Source of the DNA: Nanobdellati archaeon
GTDB lineage: Archaea > EX4484-52 > WAPT01
DNA length: 28,974 bases
Reading direction: 5' to 3'
NCBI GenBank assembly: GCA_015520605.1
Contig: WAPT01000010.1
Span: 1-28,974, forward strand
Shown: piece by piece, positions 1-7,685 of the stretch
Position numbering within the stretch: the stretch's first letter is position 1
Layout: each line of letters opens with the position of its first letter
The notes under the pieces: model-generated
Database searches by the model: none
The model's input: the letters and a program-made list of their open reading frames with translations, nothing else
Told to the model about the DNA's origin: nothing
Program-made: the position numbers and the translations under genes

Positions 1-2
1 CT

Positions 3-32
3 GTTAGAATCAGATTATGGTGGGATTGAAAG
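3..32 (+). CRISPR. Single CRISPR-type direct repeat, probably the terminal repeat of an array cut by the window edge
   Basis: GTTAGAATCAGATTATGGTGGGATTGAAAG is 30 bp, with a GTT start and ATTGAAAG end typical of archaeal type I/III repeats. Only one copy is visible and no cas genes are recognisable in the window. Confidence 0.6.
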
Positions 33-134
33 ATTTGATTTTTAAAATAAAAAGCTTTGAAGTTTTGTCACTTGTGTCACCAAAAGAGTTAAAAAATCTA
101 TTTTTGTTGAGCTCGGAGAAGAGGTAAATTCTGA

Positions 135-548
135 GGAGATTACTTTAATAGATACAGGAAAGAAGTAAAACCACTTTTAGATAAATCAATAGATATAGCA
201 AAACAACATTATGTAGAGATAGATGACTCTATAAAACTTAAATTGATGTATGAAGAAATTCCAAATGCTTATTTAAAAGTATGGTATGGGATTGATGATG
301 CAATTGCAGAAGCAATTAGTGAAACCCATTCCGAGGTAGAAGAATTGTTCCATAAATATGAGTGTGGAGACTCAACAATTCTAATTAGGAGAAAAGATAA
401 AAAAGAGATACAAGAGGTATTTAGAGATTATGCTCAAGAAATGAAAAGAATAAGAAATCAGATAACAAGCTATGATCCATATGCGATTATCAGACAAGGG
501 GTAATAGAGTTTATTAAAAAATACTACAATCAAACTCAGAAAGAGTGA
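135..548 (+). pseudogene. AT-rich hypothetical gene remnant, 5'-truncated or frameshifted
   Basis: The frame of ORF 243..548 stays open back to a TGA at 132-134 (GDYFNRYRKEVKPLLDKSIDIAKQHYVEIDDSIKLKLMYEE...) with no earlier ATG. Protein-like fragments occur in other frames at 61-170 and 560-640. The region is visibly more AT-rich than the core genes. Confidence 0.45.
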
Positions 549-790
549 TATTTATAATTATCAGAAAAGCTGACAAAAATAAAAGATAATCTTCCTGATT
601 GAATATTGTCTTTAGAGTTAGAAAGTTTATTCAGAAAAATTTGAAAAATCTGTTTTACAATCTTAACATTTTATAATTCTCCAAACATAAATATATTATT
701 TTATGGGGGGTTGTTTGTGAGATGTGAGAATTTTGAGAATTTATTGAATACTGAAAAAGTTAACTGAAAAGGTTCATAGAAAATGTGCAA

Positions 791-1093
791 CTAGTCTATT
801 CTTGTGATACGGTAAAGGTAAATTAGTGAAAATGCAAAACAACTCATCAAACACACAAACGCAAAACACTTCAGTATCGATAATTTGAGAAAAACACCCA
901 CAAATGAAAACATGGCATACAGTAACCCACCCAAACCAAAGCACATCAAAGCTATTCTACCGGTAAGAAATACTCTTGAAGCCGCTGCCACCGGATGACG
1001 ATGTATATTTTTTGATAAGAGAAGACTGAAAACTGTGCAAATCATTGCAAGTAAAAATCCTACCGCTCTCGTAAGGACAAAGATATCTACCAT
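791..1093 (-). CDS. Small membrane protein (~3 TM), module gene B, copy 1
   Basis: Three hydrophobic segments and an RVFL motif; aligns end to end with 18910..19206. Confidence 0.8.
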   Translation of the reverse strand: MVDIFVLTRAVGFLLAMICTVFSLLLSKNIHRHPVAAASRVFLTGRIALMCFGLGGLLYAMFSFVGVFLKLSILKCFAFVCLMSCFAFSLIYLYRITRID

Positions 1094-1383
1094 TTCGCGT
1101 ATCGCCTCGCTATTCTGATCGCGGCTATAAGGTACAGCAATGCACTTGAAATACCCGCTAGCATGTAAAATGAATTTTGGGGATCTTGGAGGATGACGCC
1201 AATCGCGGCATGAATAGTGGCAAGGACTGAGGCCAAAAATACCAACTTTATGTCGGTGAAAAGTTGAGAAGGCGAAACCAATGTTTTTATTATTGTCTCT
1301 TTTTTTATCGTTAACAGTTTCAGTGAATAATAGGAGCCTATGAGTGCCATTATACCCAAAGATAATTTGTAGATAAATTCCAT
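1087..1383 (-). CDS. Small membrane protein (~3 TM), module gene A, copy 1
   Basis: Three hydrophobic segments and a C-terminal RIARRYAKW. TATA-like TTTTTAAG (1407-1414, minus strand) lies 23 nt upstream. Paralog at 19210..19501. Confidence 0.8.
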   Translation of the reverse strand: MEFIYKLSLGIMALIGSYYSLKLLTIKKETIIKTLVSPSQLFTDIKLVFLASVLATIHAAIGVILQDPQNSFYMLAGISSALLYLIAAIRIARRYAKW

Positions 1384-1513
1384 GCTTGGATTATTGTGTT
1401 TATAATCTTAAAAAATTTTTTAAACGCGCTGAAACAGACATCACAGCATGTCAGAATTTGTTGAATGCAACATGTCCCCAACCAATTTAAATGTTACTGT
1501 CAGTAGTTTTCCC

Positions 1514-2017
1514 ATGAAAGCGCCCATCTGTGAGATCTGTCTGAAGAACGATATTTTATGCTCCGGCTGTAACGCCAAGCTTGAGGAAGGGAAGATCACT
1601 CCTGTGGACGTTGAGGTGAGTAGGAAGCTTGTAAAGCTGGAAGAAAAGATGCCTTCCTTAAAAAGTGTCGAGCTCAAAAAGGTAATAGAGACGAGGAACA
1701 GCTACATTCTCGTAGTGAAGAAGGGCGACGCACCGAAAATCATCGGAAAGAGAGGGTCGGTAATTAAAAAAATAAGTGAAGTGCTCGGGAAGGATACCAG
1801 AGTCATAGAAGAGACCAAAAATCTCGAGGAACTGTTGCAAAATCTGATAAAACCGGCCAACATAAAGGGAATAAACATCCTTTACACTCCCGGAGGAGAA
1901 ATCTACCGTGTTAGGATCCCGGCCACTTATCGAAGATTGATTTACCTTTCCAAAAACGACATAGAAGTTGTTGCCACGCTTGCAACCTCCCGGAAAGTCG
2001 AAGTGGTTTTTGAGTAA
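1514..2017 (+). CDS. NusA-like KH-domain protein with N-terminal Cys4 motif
   Basis: MKAPICEICLKNDILCSGC N-terminus and KH GxxG loop (IIGKRGSVIKKI). ATG 1514 preferred over 1448. Confidence 0.8.
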   Translation: MKAPICEICLKNDILCSGCNAKLEEGKITPVDVEVSRKLVKLEEKMPSLKSVELKKVIETRNSYILVVKKGDAPKIIGKRGSVIKKISEVLGKDTRVIEETKNLEELLQNLIKPANIKGINILYTPGGEIYRVRIPATYRRLIYLSKNDIEVVATLATSRKVEVVFE

Positions 2018-2052
2018 CGTCCTCTTTCTTCTCGTGGGCTGTGGTGTTCGGT

Positions 2053-3837
2053 ATGGAGGAGCACAAAATAAGGATAGCGGTTGTGGACACCTCTAAATGT
2101 AATCCTAAGAAGTGTCAGAAAGAATGTCTTAGGTTCTGCCCCAGGGCAAGAGCGGGAGATGAGACGGTGGTTGTGGACGATAAAAGAGCATATATTGATG
2201 AAAAAACATGTGTCGGATGCGGGATCTGTGTGAAAAAATGTCCGAGAAAAGCGATAAAGATAGTTAATCTAATATCTGAACCAAAAAACAAGGTACACCA
2301 GTACGGAAAAAATGGATTCCGACTTTATAGACTCCCAATCCCTAAAGAAAGTGCTGTGGTTGGAGTTCTCGGATTAAACGGGACAGGCAAAACAACGGCA
2401 ATAAGGATACTCGCGGGCATCCTCAAACCGAATCTGGGGAAGCTGGATGAAGATGTTGGATGGGAGGAGATTCTCGAGAGATTCAGAGGAAGTGAACTGC
2501 AAACCTACTTAAAAAGACTTGCTGAGGGAGAAATAAGGGCGGTTCTCAAACCGCAGGAGGTGAACAAGCTACCAGTATATTATGGAGAAAAACATGTGAA
2601 CAGTTTGATAAATGCAGACGCTCCTGATTTCGAGTTAGTGGACTCCTACCTTAACATCTCGAAGCTTCTGGAAAGAAAGCTGAGCGAGCTGAGCGGAGGT
2701 GAGTTGCAGAGGGTTGCAATAGCTGCGTGTATGCTGAGAGATGCGGACTTCTACCTCTTTGACGAGCCATCGAGTTTCCTTGATGTGGAACAAAGACTAA
2801 AAGCTGCACAGGCCATAAGGCATCTGGCTTCTGCTGGCAAGAGCGTTGTGGTCATTGAACATGACCTTGCAACGCTCGATTTCCTTTCCGATTACATCCA
2901 TATATTTTATGGGGAGCCTGCTGTTTATGGTGTTGTCTCCGCTTCCTACACCGTCAAGAGAGGCATAAATCTCTACCTCGACGGCTACATTAAAGAGGAA
3001 AACATAAGGTTCAGAGATGAGCCCCTCTCGTTTGAATCTCAGGCGAGAATAGAAGAGGAAGGAGATGTTGTGGTTAAGTACACCCGACTGATGAAGAAGT
3101 TTCCGTCTTTCACGCTTGAAGTGGATGAGGGAGAGCTTGAAAGTAGGAACATAATAGCTGTTCTCGGAGCAAACGCACTTGGTAAGACGACCTTTGCAAA
3201 GATGTTGGCGGGTATAATCAAGCCAGATGAAGGAGGGATAAGCACAAATATAACGATATCGTACAAGCCACAGTACGTACAGCTCGGAAAGAACGAGGAA
3301 AGCATGACTGTTATGGAAGCTCTCACGAAAGCGTCGGGAGGGAAAAATATTATGAGCGCTGCCATAAAGGAAAAGATTCTGAAGCCTCTTGAGATAGATG
3401 AGCTTCTGGAAAGAAAGCTGAGCGAGCTGAGCGGAGGTGAGTTGCAGAGGGTTGCAATAGCTGCGTGTATGCTGAGAGATGCGGACTTCTACCTCTTTGA
3501 CGAGCCATCGAGTTTCCTTGATGTGGAACAGCGCGTCAGGTTTGCAAAACTACTGAAAAGGTTTGTGATGGACACGCAAAAGGGTTGCCTTGTCATAGAT
3601 CATGACCTCCTCTTGCTGACATACTTGGCAAAGAAGTGCATACTTTTTGAGGGTAAACCATCGGTTAACGGTAAAGCATCAAAACCACTGTCCTTTGAGG
3701 AAGGGATAAACCTGTTCCTTAAGGGTGTGGGTATAACCTTCAGGAAGGATGACGAAACGTTCAGGCCGAGAGCGAACAAGCCCGGTTCGCAGAAGGACAG
3801 GGAGCAGAAGGAAAAAGGAATTTATTATTTAGGATGA
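2053..3837 (+). CDS. rli: Ribosome recycling ATPase ABCE1/RLI
   Basis: Fe-S domain (CNPKKCQKECLRFCP, CVGCGICVKKCP); two NBDs (GLNGTGKT, GANALGKT; LSGGELQ twice); C-terminal FRPRANKPGSQKDREQK. Alternative GTG start at 2041. Confidence 0.97.
   Translation: MEEHKIRIAVVDTSKCNPKKCQKECLRFCPRARAGDETVVVDDKRAYIDEKTCVGCGICVKKCPRKAIKIVNLISEPKNKVHQYGKNGFRLYRLPIPKESAVVGVLGLNGTGKTTAIRILAGILKPNLGKLDEDVGWEEILERFRGSELQTYLKRLAEGEIRAVLKPQEVNKLPVYYGEKHVNSLINADAPDFELVDSYLNISKLLERKLSELSGGELQRVAIAACMLRDADFYLFDEPSSFLDVEQRLKAAQAIRHLASAGKSVVVIEHDLATLDFLSDYIHIFYGEPAVYGVVSASYTVKRGINLYLDGYIKEENIRFRDEPLSFESQARIEEEGDVVVKYTRLMKKFPSFTLEVDEGELESRNIIAVLGANALGKTTFAKMLAGIIKPDEGGISTNITISYKPQYVQLGKNEESMTVMEALTKASGGKNIMSAAIKEKILKPLEIDELLERKLSELSGGELQRVAIAACMLRDADFYLFDEPSSFLDVEQRVRFAKLLKRFVMDTQKGCLVIDHDLLLLTYLAKKCILFEGKPSVNGKASKPLSFEEGINLFLKGVGITFRKDDETFRPRANKPGSQKDREQKEKGIYYLG
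2663..2792 (+). repeat. 130-bp exact direct repeat, copy 1 (ABCE1 NBD1 signature to D-loop)
   Basis: Base-for-base identical to 3401..3530, an offset of 738 bp. Confidence 0.97.
3401..3530 (+). repeat. 130-bp exact direct repeat, copy 2 (ABCE1 NBD2 signature to D-loop)
   Basis: Base-for-base identical to 2663..2792. Confidence 0.97.
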
Positions 3838-4421
3838 TAAAGGTAAAATTAAAAATTGGGTTTTGTCCTCTGTGCTCTTCCATGGGGACTCTGCCCTTCA
3901 AAAGTTTGAGGGTGGTCTCCGTGGAGGGGCGAGAAGAAAGGAAGGAGAATGAGTTTCCGCCCACCGTGCTCGACCTAAAGGACTACGTGGAGCTTGATGA
4001 AGATGCCATAAAGAAGTTCCGCTGTCTCAGATGTGGGAGGTGCTGCTCCTCCCTTATAATCGGACCAGTAGGCACGGAAGATATGGTGAGAATATGCAGG
4101 CTTAACCCTGCGTACATGAGATACTTCAAGAACTATCTTAGGATAGGGAAGCGATCCAACGTTCTGATGGCATTCAAAATCATTACAAACAGGAACGGAG
4201 ATGCCGGTGGATGCGCATTTTACGACAGAAAAGGGAAAGTGTGCACTATATATCCTTACAGACCGGAGATCTGCAGGATGTTCCCGTTCCGCACGAGAAC
4301 ACTTGCTTGGAGGCACTGTGAGTGGGTGAAAAGATATTTAAAGAAAAGGATGCTAAGGCAGAAAAATCGAAAGACAGCATCGAGCTTCAGTAATGCATGT
4401 GGGGAGGAGGGAGAAAAATGA
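3834..4421 (+). CDS. YkgJ-family CxxCxxCC Fe-S/zinc-chelating protein
   Basis: FRCLRCGRCC ... GCAFYD ... CTIYPYRPEICRMFPF motifs; ATGA overlap with the ABCE1 stop. Confidence 0.88.
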   Translation: MIKVKLKIGFCPLCSSMGTLPFKSLRVVSVEGREERKENEFPPTVLDLKDYVELDEDAIKKFRCLRCGRCCSSLIIGPVGTEDMVRICRLNPAYMRYFKNYLRIGKRSNVLMAFKIITNRNGDAGGCAFYDRKGKVCTIYPYRPEICRMFPFRTRTLAWRHCEWVKRYLKKRMLRQKNRKTASSFSNACGEEGEK

Positions 4422-4981
4422 TCGTCGCCATAGTTGGAATGCCCGGGAGTGGTAAGACAACGGCTGCCTCTTTTTTAAAAGAAAGGGGCTGTGCCGTCAT
4501 AAGGTTTGGGGACATAACAGAGGAGATCCTGCGTGAGAATGGGCTTGAGATCAACGAAGCCAATGAGAGAATGGTCAGGGAAGAAATTCGAAAAAAACAC
4601 GGGATGGATGCTTATGCCAAGCTCAACAAAGGCAAAATAGACTCTCTTCTGCAACAGGGAAAGGTTATAGCGATAGACGGGCTTTACAGCTGGGAGGAGT
4701 ATCTCTTCATGAAAGAGAACTACACGAATAGGTTTGTGGTGCTTCATATTTATGCCTCTCCAAGAACGAGATACGACAGACTTAAGAGAAGGTCTGTGAG
4801 ACCGCTCAGCGAAGATGAAGCATGGCAAAGGGATAAGGCAGAAATAGAAAAGTTAAACAAGGCAGGCCCGATAGCGATGGCCGACTATGTTATAATAAAC
4901 GAGGATGATCTTGAGTCTCTCAGAAGGAACGTGGAGGATTTCTACGAAAGGGTCGTGAGGCCAGCCGTAACGAGCACATAA
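4418..4981 (+). CDS. P-loop kinase, UPF0200/dephospho-CoA kinase (COG0237)-like
   Basis: IVAIVGMPGSGKT Walker A, then IDG, RYDRLKRR and ADYVIIN motifs. GGAGG SD and ATGA overlap support the start at 4418. Confidence 0.85.
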   Translation: MIVAIVGMPGSGKTTAASFLKERGCAVIRFGDITEEILRENGLEINEANERMVREEIRKKHGMDAYAKLNKGKIDSLLQQGKVIAIDGLYSWEEYLFMKENYTNRFVVLHIYASPRTRYDRLKRRSVRPLSEDEAWQRDKAEIEKLNKAGPIAMADYVIINEDDLESLRRNVEDFYERVVRPAVTST

Positions 4982-4998
4982 GTAAGGTGCTAAAAAGG

Positions 4999-5829
4999 AT
5001 GTCAGAAAACAGTTATGAGCTGGTTGTAAAGTTTAAGGAGCCGTTCCACCTCCAGAAAATAATAAAGAATGAACCTTTTCTCTTCTTTTATAATGATGTA
5101 CCGAAAAGAAAAATTCATGCTTTCAACAGGGAAATTGATGTGAAGTTCAGGCAGAAAAGCGAAGTGGAAGTGTTGTGCAGGATTGAGTGTGAGGAAGAAC
5201 TGACGGGAAACATACTATCCTTCATAGAAAAGAGGTTGCGCTACTCTCTCGGAGCGGATGAAAAACTGGAGGAATTCTATGCCATAGTAGAGCATGATGA
5301 TGTGCTCTCGAGGTACTACAACAAAATTTATGGAACAAGAGTGCCCGCAGCCTTCGATTCGTTTGAAGCAATTCTGGCAATCATTTGCTCGCAGAATGTT
5401 AGCTTTTCAGCCTACAAGAGAATGTTGAAATCAATAATGAAAGCTTATGGTCTTGAAGGAAGGTTGCCTACATGGTTCGAGTTGTTAAAAAACCCCGAAA
5501 ATCTTCAGAACACCGCCGTGGGTTACAGAGCTGAATACATACTGAATGCTGCGCGCTTCTTCTCTAGAAACGATGTGTTTAAACTGCCCGAGGAGTCAAG
5601 GCTGAGAGGTGTGAAGGGCATAGGAAGTTACAGCGTGAATCTGTTTTATCTGATACAGGGCAAGGAGTATTCGAGATTTTACGTCGATGTCCTCATGAGG
5701 AAGATATTTTCGCAACATTATAGCTTCACGTTCCAAAGTGATTCTGAGCTTGAAAGATTCGCAAAGAGGAAGTTTGGAAGGTACTGCGGACTTGCGGGCC
5801 TTTACTTACAGCAGTTCTTCAGGAGCTGA
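4999..5829 (+). CDS. HhH-GPD DNA glycosylase (AlkA/Ogg-like)
   Basis: FEAILAIICSQNVS, VGYRAEYI, HhH motif VKGIG and downstream VDV with the catalytic Asp. Alternative GTG start at 4987. Confidence 0.85.
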   Translation: MSENSYELVVKFKEPFHLQKIIKNEPFLFFYNDVPKRKIHAFNREIDVKFRQKSEVEVLCRIECEEELTGNILSFIEKRLRYSLGADEKLEEFYAIVEHDDVLSRYYNKIYGTRVPAAFDSFEAILAIICSQNVSFSAYKRMLKSIMKAYGLEGRLPTWFELLKNPENLQNTAVGYRAEYILNAARFFSRNDVFKLPEESRLRGVKGIGSYSVNLFYLIQGKEYSRFYVDVLMRKIFSQHYSFTFQSDSELERFAKRKFGRYCGLAGLYLQQFFRS

Positions 5830-5835
5830 AGAGAT

Positions 5836-7617
5836 TTAGCTTGCAGGCTTTAGTATCTTGCCAAACTTCGATACCTTCAGAAGTGTGCTCACCACACCGA
5901 GAAAGTGCTGGGAGGCGGGCTTTGCTACGTATTTATTTGCGAAGTCCTTAGAGAAATGACCGTATGGTCCCTTAAACCTGTATGGAACAATATCTATTCC
6001 GAAAAACTGGAAGAACTCTCCGATAGAGTCAAAGCGCGACCGCAGCGGTATGTATTCTTTGAGGTTTACATATCTCATTTTATCGTTTCCCAGCTTCTCT
6101 TTGAGTTCCTTCACCGTGTAGGTCTGGAGGGGTGGTAACTCGATGTATGTACCACTGTTCTCAAATACGAACTTTCTGATGGCATTGTAATGCCCCTGAA
6201 GGATCTTCTGCTCCCCTTTCTCTTTCCTGTAAAACACCACCGGCCTGCCCGGGATCCTATGCTTTATTCCCAAAAACTCATCAACATATATCTCGTTTTC
6301 CTCCTTTATCGCCTCCAGCTCCAGCAACTTACAGAACATCACGTTCGAGCTCAGAACCCAGTTGGTTATGTTAAATGTGCCGTCCTCTATCTCGCTGCCG
6401 TTTGCAAGCCTTATGTTGACTTTATCAAGAGTCACCGGCATGAAAATATAAAAGTGGTAATACCTTCCTTCCCAGTTCATTTTAGATAATATGCCGCTTG
6501 CTTTTGTCTCCACCCACTCCTCGGTTATCCACGGGTGGTCAGCTATCAGACCGACATCGGGATGAAAGACCATGTGTTCCTTCGTCCAGCTGTTATATGG
6601 GTGAATCTCTCCCATCACCTTGGCCCTCAGCTCCCCGGGGGTGGGGAATTCCTCAAAGATGGGGTAGGCTTTCCAGAGCCATATATCGATTGAGATTATG
6701 GCAGTTGCGTGTCCTACCAGTCTGAAGAAAACGTGAGGCATGCTTTTCCTTGCCGAAGCGGAGCTGAGGGCATCGTTGATCATTTTGTATCTCAAGATTA
6801 TCGGCTTGGCTCTTTCCCTCCATTCCTCAAGAGTCCTCTCCCTGCTCCTAACCATAGTCCTTAGATGCTCAACTCTCGTCCTCACATTGCTTTCGAAAAT
6901 TCTCAGCCAGTCCTCGTAGGCCTTCCACTTGCTCCTGAGGACCTGCTTCTCCACCTCGGGTATGTGTGATAGCTTACCACCCTCCTCGAGATCCTTCAGA
7001 CCTTCCATAGTCATGAAATCTTGAGCTATGGTGGGCATTATCCCTCTGTTCCTCATAAAAGCCATCGATAGCCTTCCTGGACCTTCAGCGCCGCCACCCC
7101 CTGCATAATAATCCACCTGATCCACAAAAAAGCTCTTCAGAACAAGCTGAGCTTGCCTTGCTTTGTTAGGATCGTTGCTCCTCACATCTTCTATCCACTT
7201 CAGGAACTCCTCGTACCTCTCAAGGTCGGTTCTCACAAGCTCGAGATCCGATATGGAAGAACTTATTGCCATCAGAGTCTGCTTCAACTTCTGCTCCAGT
7301 GCTTCTTTCTGAGCCAAGGTTATCTGCCAGTACTGCTGGTGCTCCGGAGACACATCTATGCTCTCGCTGATCTTTTCTATTTTGAACTTGTCCTTGCCAA
7401 GCGCGAACGTCAAGCCAAGGTAACATTGAGTCACGTAGCCTGGGTAGCCCGTCACATCTATCGATATCTTCTGATTTCTGGGTGATTGAGCCCATGCCCT
7501 GCCGTACCACTTACCTTCCGTCCAGAAGAGAGGAGCCGGACCCATATCCCCAAAGTACGTCCTTATGTCCTTATCGTCCCTGTCATGCCCGATCTTAGAT
7601 ATAAGGGATTTTCCCAT
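5836..7617 (-). CDS. Conserved hypothetical protein, 593 aa, with coiled-coil segments
   Basis: Long ORF with its own BRE/TATA 23 nt upstream; no recognisable catalytic motif. Confidence 0.85.
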   Translation of the reverse strand: MGKSLISKIGHDRDDKDIRTYFGDMGPAPLFWTEGKWYGRAWAQSPRNQKISIDVTGYPGYVTQCYLGLTFALGKDKFKIEKISESIDVSPEHQQYWQITLAQKEALEQKLKQTLMAISSSISDLELVRTDLERYEEFLKWIEDVRSNDPNKARQAQLVLKSFFVDQVDYYAGGGGAEGPGRLSMAFMRNRGIMPTIAQDFMTMEGLKDLEEGGKLSHIPEVEKQVLRSKWKAYEDWLRIFESNVRTRVEHLRTMVRSRERTLEEWRERAKPIILRYKMINDALSSASARKSMPHVFFRLVGHATAIISIDIWLWKAYPIFEEFPTPGELRAKVMGEIHPYNSWTKEHMVFHPDVGLIADHPWITEEWVETKASGILSKMNWEGRYYHFYIFMPVTLDKVNIRLANGSEIEDGTFNITNWVLSSNVMFCKLLELEAIKEENEIYVDEFLGIKHRIPGRPVVFYRKEKGEQKILQGHYNAIRKFVFENSGTYIELPPLQTYTVKELKEKLGNDKMRYVNLKEYIPLRSRFDSIGEFFQFFGIDIVPYRFKGPYGHFSKDFANKYVAKPASQHFLGVVSTLLKVSKFGKILKPAS

Positions 7618-7640
7618 GAAAATCTTTGTGATCGTCCCAC

Positions 7641-7655
7641 TTAATAAACTTTTTG
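7641..7655 (-). promoter_or_regulatory. BRE-TATA promoter, probably leaderless, for the 593-aa gene
   Basis: Minus strand CAAAAAGTTTATTAA ending 23 nt upstream of ATG 7617. Confidence 0.6.
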
Positions 7656-7685
7656 TGAACGAGAATTAGAATAGTTAATTTATTT

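Noticed and set aside
2663-3530. Repeat pair as a diversity-generating retroelement TR/VR
   Set aside because: The copies are identical with no adenine-specific mismatches, both are in-frame parts of ABCE1, and no reverse transcriptase is present in the window.
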